DNA of 60,789 nucleotides from Streptococcus mitis (GTDB lineage Bacteria; Bacillota; Bacilli; Lactobacillales; Streptococcaceae): NCBI RefSeq assembly GCF_003942695.1, contig NZ_RJNU01000011.1, positions 1 to 60,789 of the forward strand, read 5' to 3'. Shown piece by piece: positions 19,390 to 29,387 of this stretch (position 1 is its first letter; each line of letters starts with the position of its first letter). The notes under the pieces were generated by a model. It saw only the letters and a program-made list of their open reading frames with translations, ran no database searches and was not told where the DNA came from. The position numbers and the translations under genes were made by a program.

Positions 19390-21384
19390 ATGAAACGTGT
19401 TTTTCTCTTCATCAGCAATCTTCTTTTAACTTTCTTTCTCATTGCCACTCTGTCCTTTTGGAAAGACTCTCTTCCACAAATCCTGTTCCCGGGTGCAGCA
19501 GTATTAAGTGGGCAAGCAGATTATTCTACCGTTAAAGAAGAATTAAATAGTCTTGCTAAAGAACATAATAGTCTTATCGCAAGAACCATTTGGGAAGTAG
19601 ATAGTGATGGAAAATCACAAACTTACTACGAAGTTTTTGGAGATGGGAAACTCCCAGACTGGATGCCTCCAGCAAGTCAAGAAAGCATTCGCAAAAGCGA
19701 TCTTCTCAACAACTACAATATTATCAGCGGATCCCTAACTAGTCAAGAATTGGCCACTCATCTGAAAGAACTTGGACTAGAAAAAGCGAATGCATTTGAA
19801 AATGACAGAGTATCCTTTGTACTTGCCCTCTTTACCCAACCTGATCAGCTCATCAGTATGTTAATCTTTTTACTGACTTTCTTAGCTTTGATTGTTATTG
19901 GTCAGATTCAATCTCTTTCTCAGTCAGGGATTAGATTGATTTCTGGAGAGCGACTGAGCTATCTCTTCTTTCGTTCTCTCGCAAGAGACGGACTTGATAT
20001 CCTTCTTTTTGGTCTACCTGCTTTGCTGATAGCATGTATCTTGCTCATTTCCTTGGGATATCCTTATGAAGTTCAGACTTTTCTAGGAATACTTTTTATT
20101 CTTTACAATAGCCTACTTCTCTTACTTAGTCTTCTAATTGCCTTTCTTTTTACCATTTCTTTAAAAAAAGTCCATCTCCTCTCTATCATCAAAGGTAAAT
20201 TACCAATCAAGTCAATTCTACGCATTCTCTACTTTGGTCAGGTACTTGCCATTCTACTGGTTATTGTAGGATTTGGACGTATGTCTACTTACTATCATAT
20301 ACTTGAGAAAAATGAGGCTGGACAAGCTACTTGGGAACAACGCTCCAATGTTGTTACTCTTAAAACAGGGCGTTCCAGTCAGATGAAAAATTTAGATGAA
20401 CTGCAGACAAATGCTGATAAATGGTTTGACTTTATTCAATATTCTTTAGAAAATGGAAATGCCTTTCTAGTCAAACATAATCTCGCTATTCAAGCTATAA
20501 AACATTCTCTTTCAACTCATAATGATTCTGAACAAAATCCCTATGACTTGGAAGGGAAAAATATTCTCTATGTAACACCTGACTACTTCAAAAAAGAAGG
20601 TATAGAGTTAACATCAGAAACCTTTAAAAAAATCAATAATCTAAAAGATGGACAGGTTCTTGTAATACTACCTCAAGAACAAAAGAAAAATGAGGAACAA
20701 ATAAAACAAAACATACAAGAAGATTTAACTAATCAATTATACAGTAGTGATACAAAGCATAGAGTCGAAGTTAGTATAACTTATACTGATCAAAAAAAAG
20801 ATGTATTCATTTATAATACCACCCATATCGCTTATGATCAATGGTTATTAAATCCCATCTTTCTTGTGCTTTCTCCTAAAGCACTTGGTAAGGTTTCCTC
20901 CATCTTCTGGTTTACAAATCTAGAATATCTCTATTTTACAGACCTCCACCAGACACAAGAACTTTTGAAACACTATCAACTTGATCAAATGGTCTCAGGA
21001 CTATCGTCTGCTAGGGAAACCTATCTCCAGTTAAATCAAAAAATTAAAATCGAAATTTTTAGTAACTTAGCGAGTGCTATGTTTGCTATTTTGACTTCAA
21101 TTTTGCTGTTTACAAGTTTAAATCTGCTCTATTTTGAAGCCTTTCGCAAAACCATATTCTTGAAAAAAATAGCAGGCTATTATTTCTTTGAATTACACAA
21201 TAGATATATCACTTCTCAAATAGCAGCTCTCTTTCTCGGAAGTAGTCTAGCTTTCATTATTTCTAAGAATATCTGGATTACCCTGATCCTATTTTTCAGC
21301 TTTTTAAGTTTAGCCGTTCTTCTATTGAAGATCTTTGATAAGAAGGAAAGCAAAACCTATGTTAGCATTATCAAAGGAGGATAG
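19390..21384 (+). CDS. Large integral membrane ABC permease (DUF1430/bacteriocin-associated integral membrane protein-like, FtsX-like C-terminus)
   Basis: 664 aa. It has an N-terminal TM, an extracytoplasmic domain, a cluster of TMs and a C-terminal FtsX-like 4-TM region. Its stop lies 1 nt before the ATPase start. Confidence 0.65.
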   Translation: MKRVFLFISNLLLTFFLIATLSFWKDSLPQILFPGAAVLSGQADYSTVKEELNSLAKEHNSLIARTIWEVDSDGKSQTYYEVFGDGKLPDWMPPASQESIRKSDLLNNYNIISGSLTSQELATHLKELGLEKANAFENDRVSFVLALFTQPDQLISMLIFLLTFLALIVIGQIQSLSQSGIRLISGERLSYLFFRSLARDGLDILLFGLPALLIACILLISLGYPYEVQTFLGILFILYNSLLLLLSLLIAFLFTISLKKVHLLSIIKGKLPIKSILRILYFGQVLAILLVIVGFGRMSTYYHILEKNEAGQATWEQRSNVVTLKTGRSSQMKNLDELQTNADKWFDFIQYSLENGNAFLVKHNLAIQAIKHSLSTHNDSEQNPYDLEGKNILYVTPDYFKKEGIELTSETFKKINNLKDGQVLVILPQEQKKNEEQIKQNIQEDLTNQLYSSDTKHRVEVSITYTDQKKDVFIYNTTHIAYDQWLLNPIFLVLSPKALGKVSSIFWFTNLEYLYFTDLHQTQELLKHYQLDQMVSGLSSARETYLQLNQKIKIEIFSNLASAMFAILTSILLFTSLNLLYFEAFRKTIFLKKIAGYYFFELHNRYITSQIAALFLGSSLAFIISKNIWITLILFFSFLSLAVLLLKIFDKKESKTYVSIIKGG

Positions 21385-21385
21385 C

Positions 21386-22036
21386 ATGATTGAATTGCAA
21401 CATATTTGGAAACAATTTGGTTCTCGTATTATTTTTTCAGACTTGAATCTGAATTTTCAAAGTGGTATGGTGTATGCTTTGATAGGAGACAGTGGTTGTG
21501 GAAAAACCACTTTGCTCAATATGCTTGCAAAACTAGAGACTTTCGACAAAGGAGAAATCGTTTACAAAGAAAAGTCTTTGACTTCACTAAAAAATGAGGA
21601 ATTCTATCGTAACGAGCTAGGTTATCTCTTCCAGAACTTCGGACTATTAGAAAGTCAGACCATTCGAGAAAACCTTGAGCTGGGACTGATTGGTAAAAAA
21701 CAGAACAAGAAACAAGAAAAAGAGAGACTTCTTCTTCAAGCACTGCAAGCTGTCAGACTGGATTATCTAAGTCTCAACCAAAAAATCTATGAATTATCTG
21801 GTGGTGAAGCTCAACGCGTAGCGCTTGCTAAGATTATCCTGAAAGATCCTCCTTTAATTTTAGCCGATGAGCCTACCGCCTCGCTAGATCCAAAAAATTC
21901 CAAGGAAATTATGGAAATTCTCCTTGAACTTCGTAATGCTAATAGAACAATTATCATCGCAACTCACAATCCTAGTATTTGGAAAATGGCTGATCAGGTA
22001 ATTCATCTCTCTCAAGATGGAAAAGAATATACTTAA
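21386..22036 (+). CDS. ABC transporter ATP-binding protein
   Basis: 216 aa from ATG 21386 (RBS AAGGAGG) with Walker A GDSGCGKTT, LSGGEAQR and ILADEP motifs. The ORF-track start at 21335 overlaps the permease gene and lacks an RBS. Confidence 0.8.
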   Translation: MIELQHIWKQFGSRIIFSDLNLNFQSGMVYALIGDSGCGKTTLLNMLAKLETFDKGEIVYKEKSLTSLKNEEFYRNELGYLFQNFGLLESQTIRENLELGLIGKKQNKKQEKERLLLQALQAVRLDYLSLNQKIYELSGGEAQRVALAKIILKDPPLILADEPTASLDPKNSKEIMEILLELRNANRTIIIATHNPSIWKMADQVIHLSQDGKEYT

Positions 22037-22043
22037 ATATCAA

Positions 22044-22082
22044 AATCCCTTGTGGCTAAATAACCACAAGGGATTTTCAGTC
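22044..22082. terminator. Bidirectional terminator hairpin
   Basis: AAATCCCTTGTGG ctaaataa CCACAAGGGATTT, a 13-bp stem, followed by a T-run. Confidence 0.5.
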
Positions 22083-22140
22083 ATTTATGCTACTTCTTTT
22101 AAGTAACATAGTGCAAATAATAAATTTTCCCTGTTAAATC

Positions 22141-22413
22141 TCACCAAAACCAGCCATCATTATCTTCAATGGCCTCGGCTTCCTTGCGTTTGCGTGGTCC
22201 TGTTCCATACATTTCTGCTTCAATCTCTTCCTTAGTTGGTAGGATAGAGGCGAGGATGATGTAAATAATCACACCAATTCCAAAATTTGCCACAGTAAAA
22301 ATGGCGAAGAGAAAACGGACTAGGGTTACATCAAGTTTCCACTTGTCTGATAGACCAGCTAAAACTCCTGACACCATACGATTTCGTCTCAATTTATAAA
22401 ATTTTGTATTCAT
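22141..22413 (-). CDS. PspC-domain membrane protein
   Basis: 90 aa from ATG 22413 (RBS AAGAGGAAAC). It has the PspC N-terminal motif YKLRRNRMVSGVLAGL plus one TM. Confidence 0.7.
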   Translation of the reverse strand: MNTKFYKLRRNRMVSGVLAGLSDKWKLDVTLVRFLFAIFTVANFGIGVIIYIILASILPTKEEIEAEMYGTGPRKRKEAEAIEDNDGWFW

Positions 22414-22472
22414 GATTGTTTCCTCTTTCGGTATTCTTACAAGTAGTATAGCATGAATCAGAACTATCAACA

Positions 22473-22916
22473 TCAGTCCTTAGGCCGATTTAAGATGACG
22501 AGTTTACCTCGACAGACGCCACAGCGATAGCGTTTCGTGTCAATCTTTCTCTTGCGTTGATAGGATTGCTGGCAGGATTGGCACTGATAGACTAGGTAGG
22601 TACTTTGGGCTTTCAAAGGGGGAACAAAGCGCAGTCCATCCACTTCTTTCAAAAGTTCCTTAAAATCTCGGTCCTTGTGGCGATACCCCTTCTTTTGAAA
22701 ATAAAGGTGATAGTGACAGAGTTCATGGCGCACGATTTTGCGAAAGACTTCCAAACCTAGTTCGTTATAAACCTTTGGATTAAAATCCAAATGACCATCC
22801 TTGGGGAAAAATCGTCCACCTGTCGTTCGCAGACGAGAATTCCACTGGGCTTGGTGAGTGAAAGGTCTACCAAAGTCTTCTAGGGAAACAGACTTAACGT
22901 ACTCAGTTAGATTCAT
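22473..22916 (-). CDS. SprT-like zinc metalloprotease-family protein
   Basis: 147 aa with an HELCHYH (HExxH) motif and a C-terminal Cys4 zinc ribbon. Confidence 0.7.
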   Translation of the reverse strand: MNLTEYVKSVSLEDFGRPFTHQAQWNSRLRTTGGRFFPKDGHLDFNPKVYNELGLEVFRKIVRHELCHYHLYFQKKGYRHKDRDFKELLKEVDGLRFVPPLKAQSTYLVYQCQSCQQSYQRKRKIDTKRYRCGVCRGKLVILNRPKD

Positions 22917-25032
22917 CTGGAGCTAGGAGCGACAGATTGACTTTTTCACGTTCAGTATCGATTTTCTTGACCCAAACCGTTACCAAATCTCCGACTGACA
23001 CCACTTGGCTGGGATGTTTGATAAATTTACGACTCATATGAGAAATATGAATCAAGCCGTCCTCGTGAATTCCGATATCAACAAAGGCACCGAAGTCAAC
23101 GACATTACGCACCACACCTTCCAGCTTCTGGCCGACTTTTAAGTCTTTGATATCCAGAACATCTTGACGAAGAACAGGTGCATCAAAAGAGTCACGAAAG
23201 TCACGACCTGGTTTGAGAAGGTCGGCAATGATATCTTTAAGGGTTTCTGGGCCAAGGTCCAGTTCTTGCGCCACTTCTTTTATTGAAAGGGACTTAAGCT
23301 TATTTTGTGCTTCTTCATTCAAATCCTTGATATCCAAGCGTTTGAAGAGCTCCTTAACCGCAGCATAGTTCTCTGGGTGAACTCCAGTATTATCGAGGAT
23401 ATTGCTACTTTCCGGAATACGGAGGAAACCAGCTGCCTGTTCAAAGGCCTTGGCCCCTAGACGAGGAACCTTCTTGATTTGGGCGCGTGAAGTGATTTTT
23501 CCTTCTTCCTCACGATATTTGACAATATTTTCAGAGATAGTTTTATTGAGTCCAGCTACATGGGAGAGAAGTGCTGGGCTGGCTGTATTGACATTGACGC
23601 CAACCTGGTTAACCACGGTATCCACGACAAAATCCAGACTTTCAGATAGTTTCTTCTGACTAACATCGTGCTGGTATTGCCCGACACCGATTGACTTAGG
23701 ATCGATTTTGACCAATTCGGCAAGGGGATCTTGCAAACGACGGGCGATAGAGATAGCCGATCGTTTTTCAACGGTCAAGTCTGGAAACTCTTGACGAGCA
23801 AGTTCACTGGCAGAGTAGACAGAAGCGCCACTTTCATTGACAATAACATAGCTGACTTCTGGAAAATCTTTCAGAACTTCCGCCACAAAGGCTTCACTTT
23901 CACGGCTTGCAGTACCATTTCCGATGGCAATAATCTCTACACCGTATTGACCGATCAGGTCGGCTAAGTCTCGCTTGGCTTCTTCAATCTGACGAGCAGA
24001 GGCTGGTTTAACAGGATAGATGACCTGTGTCGTCAGCATTTTCCCCGTCGCATCAACGACAGCCAGCTTGGCACCTGTACGAAAGGCAGGGTCAAATCCT
24101 AGAACCACGCGCCCTTTTAGCGGAGCAACCAAGAGGAGATTACGCAGATTATCCGAAAAGAGTTGGATCGCCCCTTCTTCTGCTTTCTCAGTCAATTCTG
24201 TCCGAATGCGTCGCTCAATAGCAGGCAAGACTTTTTTCTTAACAGATTGCTGAACCACTTCATCAATATAGGCATTCTTCACCTTGAAACGAGCGGCAAA
24301 GAAAGATAGAATACGATCCGTTGCATGTTCAAAGCCGACTTTTAAGACACCTAGTTTCTCCCCACGGTTGAGCGCCAAGGTACGATATCCCTGCATGTTG
24401 CCAACTGTCTCTGAGAAATCGTAATAAATCTGAAAAACTTGCTTCTCATCGAGACTTTCATCCTTGACTTGTGAAGTGATTTTAGAGTGTCTCAGCACTT
24501 CCTGATAGGTCAGTGAGCGCAAGTTGACATCTTCTGATAAGGCTTCTACCAAGATATCAACTGCACCAGCTAAGGTTGCTTGACCAGTCGTAAATCCTTC
24601 ACAGACAAACTTTTCGGCCTCTTTCTCTAAGTCAGCTACGTTTTGCAAGATTAAGCGAGCAAGAGGAAAGAGTCCAGCTTCACGGGCAATGGTTGCCTTG
24701 GTCCGTCGCTTTTCCTTGTAAGGAAGATAGAGTTCTTCTACATCTGCTAATTTCTCAGCTGCCAGAATAGCTGTTTCCAATTCCTTTGTTAGCTTGCCTT
24801 GGTCTTGAATCTTAGACAAGACAGCTTCTTTACGGTCGTTGAGATTTGTCAGACTTTTATCCAAGTCGATAATAGCCTTAATCGCCACTTCATCCAGACT
24901 ACCAGTCATATCCTTGCGATAACGCGCGATGAAGGGAATCGTCGCCCCTTCAGCCGTCAAACTTAGAACAGTATCGATTTGCTTTAAGGTTACACCCAAA
25001 TCTTGGGAGATTTTTTCATATTTTTTATCCAT
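22903..25032 (-). CDS. tex: Transcription accessory protein Tex (S1 RNA-binding domain)
   Basis: 709 aa with the Tex architecture: HTH, YqgF-like domain, HhH repeats and a C-terminal S1 domain. Confidence 0.9.
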   Translation of the reverse strand: MDKKYEKISQDLGVTLKQIDTVLSLTAEGATIPFIARYRKDMTGSLDEVAIKAIIDLDKSLTNLNDRKEAVLSKIQDQGKLTKELETAILAAEKLADVEELYLPYKEKRRTKATIAREAGLFPLARLILQNVADLEKEAEKFVCEGFTTGQATLAGAVDILVEALSEDVNLRSLTYQEVLRHSKITSQVKDESLDEKQVFQIYYDFSETVGNMQGYRTLALNRGEKLGVLKVGFEHATDRILSFFAARFKVKNAYIDEVVQQSVKKKVLPAIERRIRTELTEKAEEGAIQLFSDNLRNLLLVAPLKGRVVLGFDPAFRTGAKLAVVDATGKMLTTQVIYPVKPASARQIEEAKRDLADLIGQYGVEIIAIGNGTASRESEAFVAEVLKDFPEVSYVIVNESGASVYSASELARQEFPDLTVEKRSAISIARRLQDPLAELVKIDPKSIGVGQYQHDVSQKKLSESLDFVVDTVVNQVGVNVNTASPALLSHVAGLNKTISENIVKYREEEGKITSRAQIKKVPRLGAKAFEQAAGFLRIPESSNILDNTGVHPENYAAVKELFKRLDIKDLNEEAQNKLKSLSIKEVAQELDLGPETLKDIIADLLKPGRDFRDSFDAPVLRQDVLDIKDLKVGQKLEGVVRNVVDFGAFVDIGIHEDGLIHISHMSRKFIKHPSQVVSVGDLVTVWVKKIDTEREKVNLSLLAPDESN

Positions 25033-25162
25033 AAAACTATTATACCATAAGGAACAGCCCTTGTTTCCCCTTACCTATTTTTACCTCTTTGATTATCAAA
25101 ATAATCCCATTTCCACAAAATAATAGTATAATAGAGGTAGAATTTAGAAAAGAGGTAAGCCC

Positions 25163-25294
25163 ATGGCTGTTAAATTTACAAAAACGGATGACTTGGACAA
25201 GATGTTTGAAGAATTTGCTAAACTTCCTGACTTAACACAAGTCACTTTCCCAGATAATAAAGACAAAAAAGAAAAAGTTGAGAAGAAAAAATAG
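25163..25294 (+). CDS. 43-aa highly charged micro-protein translationally coupled to the downstream permease
   Basis: RBS AAGAGG 6 nt upstream. Its TAG stop abuts the ATG of the next gene (TAGATG). Sequence: MAVKFTKTDDLDKMFEEFAKLPDLTQVTFPDNKDKKEKVEKKK. Confidence 0.45.
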   Translation: MAVKFTKTDDLDKMFEEFAKLPDLTQVTFPDNKDKKEKVEKKK

Positions 25295-26200
25295 ATGACG
25301 ATTTTTCAATCTCTTCCTCCTAGCATCTTACAAGCGGGAGCTATTTTTCTCTCTATCATCATCGAATCCCTTCCTTTTGTCCTGATTGGGAGTCTCATTT
25401 CGGGGGTGATTGAGGTCTATATCACACCTGATAAAGTTTATGAGTTTCTTCCTCGCAATCGTTGGGGAAGAATCTTTTTTGGTACCTTCATTGGCTTTCT
25501 CTTTCCTTCTTGTGAGTGTGGAATCGTACCGATTATCAATCGTTTTCTGGAAAAGAAAGTCCCTAGCTACACAGCCGTTCCCTTTCTGGTGACTGCTCCC
25601 ATCATCAATCCTATCGTTCTTTTCGCTACCTATTCTGCCTTTGGTAATTCCTTAAAAATTACCTTCTTGCGATCTCTGGGAGCTATTGTGATTGCTTTGG
25701 TTCTGGGGATTTTCCTAGGATTTTTCTGGAAGGAACCCATTCAAAAAGAGAATTCTATTACTTGTCATGAACATGACTTTTCACACTTGACTCCTGCTAG
25801 AAAAGTCTTTCAGGTCTTTATACAAGCTATTGACGAGTTTTTCGATATGGGGCGTTACTTGGTCTTTGGTTGTCTCTTTGCAGCTATCGTACAGGTCTAT
25901 GTCCCAACTCGGATCCTGACCTCTATCAGTGCTAATCCAGTCCTTGCGATTCTCTTGCTCATGTTTCTTGCCTTTCTCCTCTCTCTTTGTAGCGAGGCGG
26001 ACGCCTTTATCGGTGCTTCTCTCCTCTCGAGCTTCGGCCTAGCGCCAGTCCTTGCCTTTCTGGTCATTGGCCCCATGCTTGATATCAAAAATCTTCTCAT
26101 GATGAAACACTATCTCAAAGCGCGCTTCATCTGGCAATTCATGGGCATCGTGACAGTGCTTGTCTTGCTTTATTCTTACATGATAGGAGTGATGCTATGA
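25295..26200 (+). CDS. YraQ/DUF318-family permease (two-component membrane permease complex subunit)
   Basis: 301 aa, 8 TM, with a CECG motif typical of PF03773. The stop overlaps the start of the partner gene. Confidence 0.75.
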   Translation: MTIFQSLPPSILQAGAIFLSIIIESLPFVLIGSLISGVIEVYITPDKVYEFLPRNRWGRIFFGTFIGFLFPSCECGIVPIINRFLEKKVPSYTAVPFLVTAPIINPIVLFATYSAFGNSLKITFLRSLGAIVIALVLGIFLGFFWKEPIQKENSITCHEHDFSHLTPARKVFQVFIQAIDEFFDMGRYLVFGCLFAAIVQVYVPTRILTSISANPVLAILLLMFLAFLLSLCSEADAFIGASLLSSFGLAPVLAFLVIGPMLDIKNLLMMKHYLKARFIWQFMGIVTVLVLLYSYMIGVML

Positions 26201-27012
26201 TCCGATTTTTCATTTTACTTGGTTATTTTGCCCTAACTCTGTATCTGCAGCTATCTGGCAAGCTCAGTCACTACATCAACCTCCACTATTCCTATCTAGT
26301 CTATATCTCCATGCTCCTTTCTCTTCTGTTGGCTCTGGTCCAATTCTATATCTGGATTAAGAAAATCAACTCTCACAGCCATTTGGAAAGTCGTCGAGCT
26401 AGACGAATCAGCATCCTGTTACTGTCACTACCTCTGTTGATTGGAGTTGCCTTTCCGACAGTAAGTTTGGACTCGAGAACCGTATCTGCTAAGGGATATC
26501 ATTTCCCACTTGCTGAGGGAATCAACACAGCCATTCAGGCAAGCGAAGGCACATCCAGTCAATACCTTAAACCCGATACCAGTACCTATTTTTCAAAATC
26601 TGCTTATGAAAAGGAAATGAGGGCTACAGCTGATAAATACCTCTCCCAGCCAACCATTCAAGTTACTGATGAAAACTATATGGAGGTCATGGAAATTCTC
26701 TATGACTACCCTCAAGAGTTTGAAGGAAAGAAAATCGCGTTTACAGGCTTTGTCTATAACGACCCTAGCCACCCAGATAGCCAATTCCTCTTTCGCTTTG
26801 GAATCATCCACTGTATCGCAGACTCTGGAGTATATGGACTCCTGACTAAGGGAAACTCACGCCAGTATCCTGACAATACCTGGATTACTGCCAAAGGAAC
26901 TCTCACTCTCCACTATCATAAAGAACTCAAACAAAAACTCCCAACACTGGAAGTTGAGAGTTTCACAAAAGTAGACAAACCAGAAAATCCTTACGTTTAT
27001 CGCGTGTTTTAA
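26197..27012 (+). CDS. TIGR03943-family partner protein of the YraQ permease
   Basis: 271 aa with N-terminal TMs and a C-terminal extracytoplasmic domain. It forms a conserved pair with the preceding permease (SMU_746c/747c-type in streptococci). Confidence 0.7.
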   Translation: MIRFFILLGYFALTLYLQLSGKLSHYINLHYSYLVYISMLLSLLLALVQFYIWIKKINSHSHLESRRARRISILLLSLPLLIGVAFPTVSLDSRTVSAKGYHFPLAEGINTAIQASEGTSSQYLKPDTSTYFSKSAYEKEMRATADKYLSQPTIQVTDENYMEVMEILYDYPQEFEGKKIAFTGFVYNDPSHPDSQFLFRFGIIHCIADSGVYGLLTKGNSRQYPDNTWITAKGTLTLHYHKELKQKLPTLEVESFTKVDKPENPYVYRVF

Positions 27013-27322
27013 TAAAAAGTGATCCAACAACAGACAAATTACTTTTTAAAGTAGCTTGTCTTTTTTGTTCTCCTAGTTCAACAAAATCAACACACAATCT
27101 TTCAAACAATAGAAAAAGTCCCAAGAAATAAGATTTCTCGAGACCATAAAAATGTTAACAAGATAGGGTTGACAATCATCACATATCATAGCTTAACTGC
27201 AATAGAGTTGTGATAGAAAACGTTGATTTACTAGAAAAAATAAAACTCATATTAAACTGAATATTTCAGTTTCTTACTGGCATAAAGCTATTTGAGTTTA
27301 ATTTAACAACCACTAACCTCTA

Positions 27323-27373
27323 TTAACGCCACCAAATGCTGAACCAAAAACGGAAGTAGAATCCTAAGAACAT
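27323..27373 (-). CDS. Stand-alone 16-codon aromatic-rich micro-ORF (MFLGFYFRFWFSIWWR)
   Basis: Perfect RBS AGGAGG 8 nt upstream. A candidate promoter TTGCAA-17-TATAAT sits at 27426-27454, and a 12-nt palindrome AAAAACGTTTTT lies between the -10 and the RBS. A hairpin plus T-run follows at 27231-27272. Confidence 0.3.
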   Translation of the reverse strand: MFLGFYFRFWFSIWWR

Positions 27374-27688
27374 AATGTGCACCTCCTTTTAAAAACGTTT
27401 TTCCATCTCAACTATATTATATATTTTCTTGTGGAGAATTGCAAATTTTTTCAGTCAAATTACTAGCTTTTTTCAAAAAAATATGATAAAAGACAAAATT
27501 TTATATTAAAAATAGTTATTTACTTTCGGTTTCTGTAAAATGAAGACATAATATAAATGCACTAAGTCCCATAACTGGATTTTTTCTGTCAAACTTTTGA
27601 AGCTAGTTCATAACTTCCAGTAGTTGAAATTATAAACTAGCCTCTTTTCTGCGTCATGAATCTCTGCTTTTTACTGTTTTTCTTCAGC

Positions 27689-28309
27689 TCAGTCGGACTG
27701 CTTCCCATTTTGTAATAAAGCTCTTACCTCGTCTGCTCCAATTTTATCCTCAGCTTTTTCAAAGAGTTGAATAGATTGATAAAAATAATCTCGTGATTTA
27801 TTTGAATTTTGCTTCAGATAAATCTCTCCCATCCCTCTATAGGAACATGCTTGGGCAATGAAGTCCTCAGTTGTCAAAGCAAAATCTAGGGATTCTTGCA
27901 TATATCTTTCTGCCTCTTCTAGATTTCCCAACTTTAAACGAAGGTAGCCTTGTTCATAGTTGTTAACAGAAAATTTCAAAGCATCATTGGGAAAATATTT
28001 TTTTATAATTTGTATTTCCTGATCGATATAGAGTAGAGCTTTTTGAAAATGACCCATTTCCCTGTAAATCATCGCTAACTGATGATAACCAATATGTTCA
28101 TTTTCTTGGTCACTTTTAGTTCGGGCTAAGTCAATATAATGCTGGTAAATACTTAAGCACTCGCTATAATTTTGCTCTTCAAGATAGATATAGCCCATCA
28201 AATTTAATAAACTAAAATTAGTGCAAGTTTCCAAAGAAAAATCAGCTTCAACTAATTTTTTAGCCTCTTCAATTTTTCCTTCAAACAATAATTCCCATGC
28301 TTGATTCAT
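27689..28309 (-). CDS. Tetratricopeptide-repeat protein
   Basis: 206 aa consisting only of TPR-like helices. Last gene of a tight hsdR-NTase-ZnR-TPR string (17-nt gap to the preceding gene). Confidence 0.7.
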   Translation of the reverse strand: MNQAWELLFEGKIEEAKKLVEADFSLETCTNFSLLNLMGYIYLEEQNYSECLSIYQHYIDLARTKSDQENEHIGYHQLAMIYREMGHFQKALLYIDQEIQIIKKYFPNDALKFSVNNYEQGYLRLKLGNLEEAERYMQESLDFALTTEDFIAQACSYRGMGEIYLKQNSNKSRDYFYQSIQLFEKAEDKIGADEVRALLQNGKQSD

Positions 28310-28326
28310 GCTTATTCTCCTGCATC

Positions 28327-29385
28327 TTACGTTGTATAGAAATCTATTGATAAATCGCTATCAGATTCGTATTTTTTCCAAGCTAAACTGAATCCATAAT
28401 AATCTTCAAATTCAGGGTGCCAGTCATAATAAAGTGGGATACGGCTATATTTTCTTGCAGCAACTTCGTCTTCAAATTCTGGAGATTCCCCTGCAGTAAT
28501 ACCAAATTGAAGACCATTTAGTTCCCAGCTATTGCCCCAAGCATTTTCATCAGAAAGAACATCAATCCATCTAGAGGCATCAATATCAAAATCTGCACAT
28601 AATTCCAGCTCATAGAATCTTCTACAGTTAATCTCTAAAGGCTTTATATAAAGGGCGCCATCCACTTGGTACTTTTTATCTTTGACTTGAATCTGTGTGA
28701 TTTTCATTGGAATTGGAACTCCATTTAATTCTAACCAGAAATAACCTAAGGGAGTTTTGATACCATGATATGTTTGCTGAGTGACAGGTTTAGCATTTTT
28801 AGAGCAAGCATCAAGAATTCTTCCAAGCTTAATTAAATTTCTACAAACGATTTTCGAAGTGAATGGGTCGAAATGTGAATACCTACGGATGACACGTTTT
28901 AACTTTTCAACAGGAAAGGTAATATCCTTTGGTAGGGCATGATACTTCTGTACAACTAAAGCAGTTTTTTCAGTATTTTCTTTCCCTACTGGGACAATAA
29001 CAGCGTGCCCAATATGGATATTTGGGTCATCGCAGATATAAGTATAGCCATTCCCTCCCTCCTGAAACTCAACCACAACAAGATTTAGCTCTTGATCTGG
29101 ATCAAAGAGAGGCTCTACCTTTTCTACTTCTTGGCGCTCATAAAAAGTAAAGCGATCTCCATCCCCGTCTTCGCCAAAAACCATGAAGCTTCCACACTCA
29201 GGGCACTTCCACATATAAAAAGAAGCTTCTGAAATATCATCATAAGAAATTTTATTATGGTCGTCAGCTTTATTCATGATTTCTTCAAACAACTCATCCA
29301 AATAAACTGAATAAGCATTTGGATCGGGCGCTAGGTGGTCGTTCATTGCTTGCCCGCATTTACATGTCCATTTCCCCATAAACAA
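28327..29385 (-). CDS. Hypothetical protein with an N-terminal zinc ribbon (CxC...CxxC) and an acidic, Trp-rich C-terminal domain
   Basis: 352 aa with Cys pairs CKCG and CPECG about 45 aa apart. I recognise no family. Its start lies 2 nt after the NTase stop. Confidence 0.7.
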   Translation of the reverse strand: MFMGKWTCKCGQAMNDHLAPDPNAYSVYLDELFEEIMNKADDHNKISYDDISEASFYMWKCPECGSFMVFGEDGDGDRFTFYERQEVEKVEPLFDPDQELNLVVVEFQEGGNGYTYICDDPNIHIGHAVIVPVGKENTEKTALVVQKYHALPKDITFPVEKLKRVIRRYSHFDPFTSKIVCRNLIKLGRILDACSKNAKPVTQQTYHGIKTPLGYFWLELNGVPIPMKITQIQVKDKKYQVDGALYIKPLEINCRRFYELELCADFDIDASRWIDVLSDENAWGNSWELNGLQFGITAGESPEFEDEVAARKYSRIPLYYDWHPEFEDYYGFSLAWKKYESDSDLSIDFYTT

Positions 29386-29387
29386 CC

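Noticed and set aside
21335-21385. Longer ATPase start (MIRRKAKPMLALSKEDS...) given in the ORF track
   Set aside because: It overlaps the upstream permease gene by 50 nt and has no RBS. ATG 21386 has AAGGAGG at 5-nt spacing and begins 2 nt after the permease stop.
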